Source: a virus (taxonomy: Duplodnaviria > Caudoviricetes). Taken from it: 64,000 nucleotides of DNA. Location: IMG/VR virus record IMGVR_UViG_3300033073_000980, positions 1 to 64,000 of that record; one strand, written 5' to 3'. The position numbers and the translations under genes were made by a program. The notes beneath the pieces are model-generated. The model was given only the letters and a program-made list of their open reading frames with translations. It did no database searches and was not told the DNA's origin. Of this stretch, positions 61,921-64,000 are shown one piece after another; within the stretch, counting starts at the first letter, position 1; each line of letters begins with the position of its first letter.

Positions 61921-62961
61921 TTATTTGAATTGAGACAACTTAAAAAAGGTATCTGTTGTCCAGTAATCAATGTTTTTAATAAAATGAGACAGTCCATCCA
62001 TCTCGTAAAGTTCAATAAAGTGCTTCTTGTGAAAACCGTTATTTTCCTCATTAATCAATTCGTTGATGTAATCAATCTGCCTATCGTCCAAAATTGGATT
62101 TTTAAGATCCATTAACTTATAGTGATTTAAAAGATTCTGTTTTGCAAACAATACCCGGGCATAGATCTGATGTTCCTTTAAGTGATCTTCGGCATGATCG
62201 AAGATATCTTTCATTGTTAGAGGTACATTAACAATGTCTGGGAATAGTTTTAAAAGCGTCTTTGGACCTAATCCTTTGATACCTTCAATCTTATCTGATT
62301 GGTCTCCAAGCATTGTTTTGTAGATAATAAAATTATCTGGATGTATTCCAAACTCTTTTTGAACATCCTTCGGTCCGTAGAATACTTTTGTGACTGGTCT
62401 GTAAAGGGTAACGTGGTCGTTTACCAGCTGAAGGTAATCCTTATCAGAAGAAACAATTACCATTTGAGTGTCGAACCTTCTTGGTAATTCTCTAGACATG
62501 AAAGCAATCATATCATCTGCCTCTGCTTTATCAATCATTCCAACTTTAACTGGAAGGCATTGTAGGTAATGAATGATTCTAGTAATTTGACCAACCTTTG
62601 CATCATTCTCATCTTCCAATGATTCAAAAGCATCCCAGTTTGTAATCCGGTTAATGCCTCGGTTTGATTTGTATTCAGGTAATAAATTCTTTCTGTTAGT
62701 AGAAGATCCTACTCCGTCAAAGATTACGTAAACGCCTGTTGGTTGTACCAGCTGAATTAACGAACCTAATGATCTAACGAATCCAGCTAGTCCTCCAATG
62801 TGAGCTCCATCCTGATTAACCATGTTAATGGTTGCAAAGTTTCTAAAGAATAGATTCAATGCATCGATTACTAATACTCGGGAGTGAAAATTTTCGTCTG
62901 TCGGTATTACTTCTTCTACTTCCTTGATGTTATCAAGCAAAGCTTTGTATTCTGCTTTCAT
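61921..62961 (-). CDS. 5'-3' exonuclease / RNase H (flap endonuclease)
   Basis: VIDALN.F.R, FDG, YKSNR, EADD, SSDKDYLQL, GDQSDKIEGIKGLGPKT. Confidence 0.92.
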   Translation of the reverse strand: MKAEYKALLDNIKEVEEVIPTDENFHSRVLVIDALNLFFRNFATINMVNQDGAHIGGLAGFVRSLGSLIQLVQPTGVYVIFDGVGSSTNRKNLLPEYKSNRGINRITNWDAFESLEDENDAKVGQITRIIHYLQCLPVKVGMIDKAEADDMIAFMSRELPRRFDTQMVIVSSDKDYLQLVNDHVTLYRPVTKVFYGPKDVQKEFGIHPDNFIIYKTMLGDQSDKIEGIKGLGPKTLLKLFPDIVNVPLTMKDIFDHAEDHLKEHQIYARVLFAKQNLLNHYKLMDLKNPILDDRQIDYINELINEENNGFHKKHFIELYEMDGLSHFIKNIDYWTTDTFFKLSQFK

Positions 62962-62980
62962 AAGTTACTATTAATATAAT

Positions 62981-63010
62981 AAAAAAGCCCTTGACTTGCA
63001 AGGGCTCTTT
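62981..63010 (-). terminator. intrinsic terminator superimposed on the exonuclease promoter
   Basis: GCCCTTG-CAAGT-CAAGGGC plus T-run; near-identical to 37059-37089. Confidence 0.75.
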
Positions 63011-63030
63011 AAGATTTATTTTTTGGAATC

Positions 63031-64000
63031 CTATTCCGGCTCTTCCTGGAAATAACCAGGTGTTGCATCCTCATAAGCTTCTTCTACTACATCGAAGTCT
63101 CCTCCTCCTAGAATAGCTGACCATTCTTTAGCATGAGCATCTTTGTACTTCTTAAGCTCTTTCTCATCATCGTTGATGAATCCGTGAGGTGTCATAATGA
63201 TTCTGCCTCGGGTTGTAATTCCATTGATATGATTCTTATCAATCTGGAGATTAGTTCTCTTGGCAAATTCTACCTGCTTACCATCCTTGATTGCTTTAAT
63301 CTTGGAAGTTCCTGCATTCATGATGTTACCAAACGTTACAACGAACGTTGCATCATACCACATAGCAAATCCGCCCTTATTCATAAGTTTGGGTTGACCC
63401 ATGGGTGATTCAGGCTTCTGAGTCCATACCTTATTAACTACTACGAGAGTGTTAGTGTAAGGAGAAGACTCTTTCCGAGACATAACAATGCGTTGGTTTA
63501 CACCGTTACCGAACTGAGTCGACATTGCACCTGCATTCCATTCGTTGTTATTCTTGTTAGAACGTACTGAAAGTTCACAGGGCACTGAACCGATTGAATC
63601 CCAGAGGAACAATAAGTCATGAGGTAGACTTCCTTTCTTCTGTTCGTCAATCAAGTCTAGAATAAATCCGGCAACGTCTTCGATTGTATTCAAGGTCTCT
63701 CTATCAACATAGATAAAGAATCCTCCGTAATCAACAACCTCACCGGTCTCTTCATCAACCGTTTGATCTACTTGCAGACCCATCTGAATAGCATGTTCCC
63801 AATTCCATTTCATCTCTGTAATGATGAATACTGGAAGGATGCCTGCTTTCTGGGCTGATACTGCAGCTTCAAGCAATGCTGTGGTCTTTCCTGTATCGGA
63901 ATGACCTCTCAGCATTACAATGTGGCCCATCGGGATTCCAGGGATTGAAGTTACTTCCTGGAAGGAAGGTGATAGAGGAATCCATTTCTGCTCTTTGAAC
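63031..64000 (-). CDS. RecA/UvsX-like recombinase, 5' end beyond the window
   Basis: GHSDTGKT Walker A, WDSIG, VNKVW, GG.AMWYDA; frame open to 64000. Confidence 0.88.
   Translation of the reverse strand, partial: FKEQKWIPLSPSFQEVTSIPGIPMGHIVMLRGHSDTGKTTALLEAAVSAQKAGILPVFIITEMKWNWEHAIQMGLQVDQTVDEETGEVVDYGGFFIYVDRETLNTIEDVAGFILDLIDEQKKGSLPHDLLFLWDSIGSVPCELSVRSNKNNNEWNAGAMSTQFGNGVNQRIVMSRKESSPYTNTLVVVNKVWTQKPESPMGQPKLMNKGGFAMWYDATFVVTFGNIMNAGTSKIKAIKDGKQVEFAKRTNLQIDKNHINGITTRGRIIMTPHGFINDDEKELKKYKDAHAKEWSAILGGGDFDVVEEAYEDATPGYFQEEPE

Noticed and set aside
1775-63408. Numerous plus-strand ORFs in the track (e.g. 2499-2735, 30223-30828, 51889-52182)
   Set aside because: They are antisense shadows of well-supported minus-strand genes, with no promoter or start context and no recognisable motifs.
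1-64000. Stop-codon reassignment (alternative genetic code)
   Set aside because: Conserved enzymes are full length in code 11, and TAA, TGA and TAG all occur as gene ends, so there is no sign of read-through.

Overview
This is 64 kb of a large lytic-type dsDNA phage genome, probably infecting a Bacteroidota host. The host call rests on the TAnnTTT(A/G)-type promoters, absence of Shine-Dalgarno motifs, a T9SS cargo domain and a Bacteroidota-type QueE and ECF sigma. All credible genes are on the minus strand. From left to right: (i) an array of small early-type genes, most with their own copy of a repeated promoter (1-3.2 kb); (ii) a ~900 bp non-coding region with a GC-rich G6AG7 tract, a G-poor AT tract and ~11 CTACGGTT repeats, plus two copies of an antisense-promoted structured RNA-like element (1884 and 3398); (iii) an ECF sigma factor; (iv) a 7-deazaguanine DNA-modification pathway (queF, dpdN-like formyltransferase, dpdA, folE here; queE, queD, queC at 41-44 kb) predicted to make formyl-preQ1; (v) a ~17 kb glycan-synthesis island; (vi) groES/groEL, polA, nucleotide metabolism genes and hypotheticals; (vii) a holin and GH19 endolysin; (viii) an unexplained seven-gene envelope/secretion operon (HExxH peptidase, T9SS-tagged cohesin/dockerin scaffold, CsgG-family lipoprotein, putative beta-barrel, C-type lectin-dockerin, second CsgG-like protein); (ix) class II RNR, helicase, 5'-3' exonuclease and a truncated RecA/UvsX. 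No capsid, terminase, integrase, tRNA or CRISPR array was seen. All product calls come from motif recognition by eye; no database searches were run.
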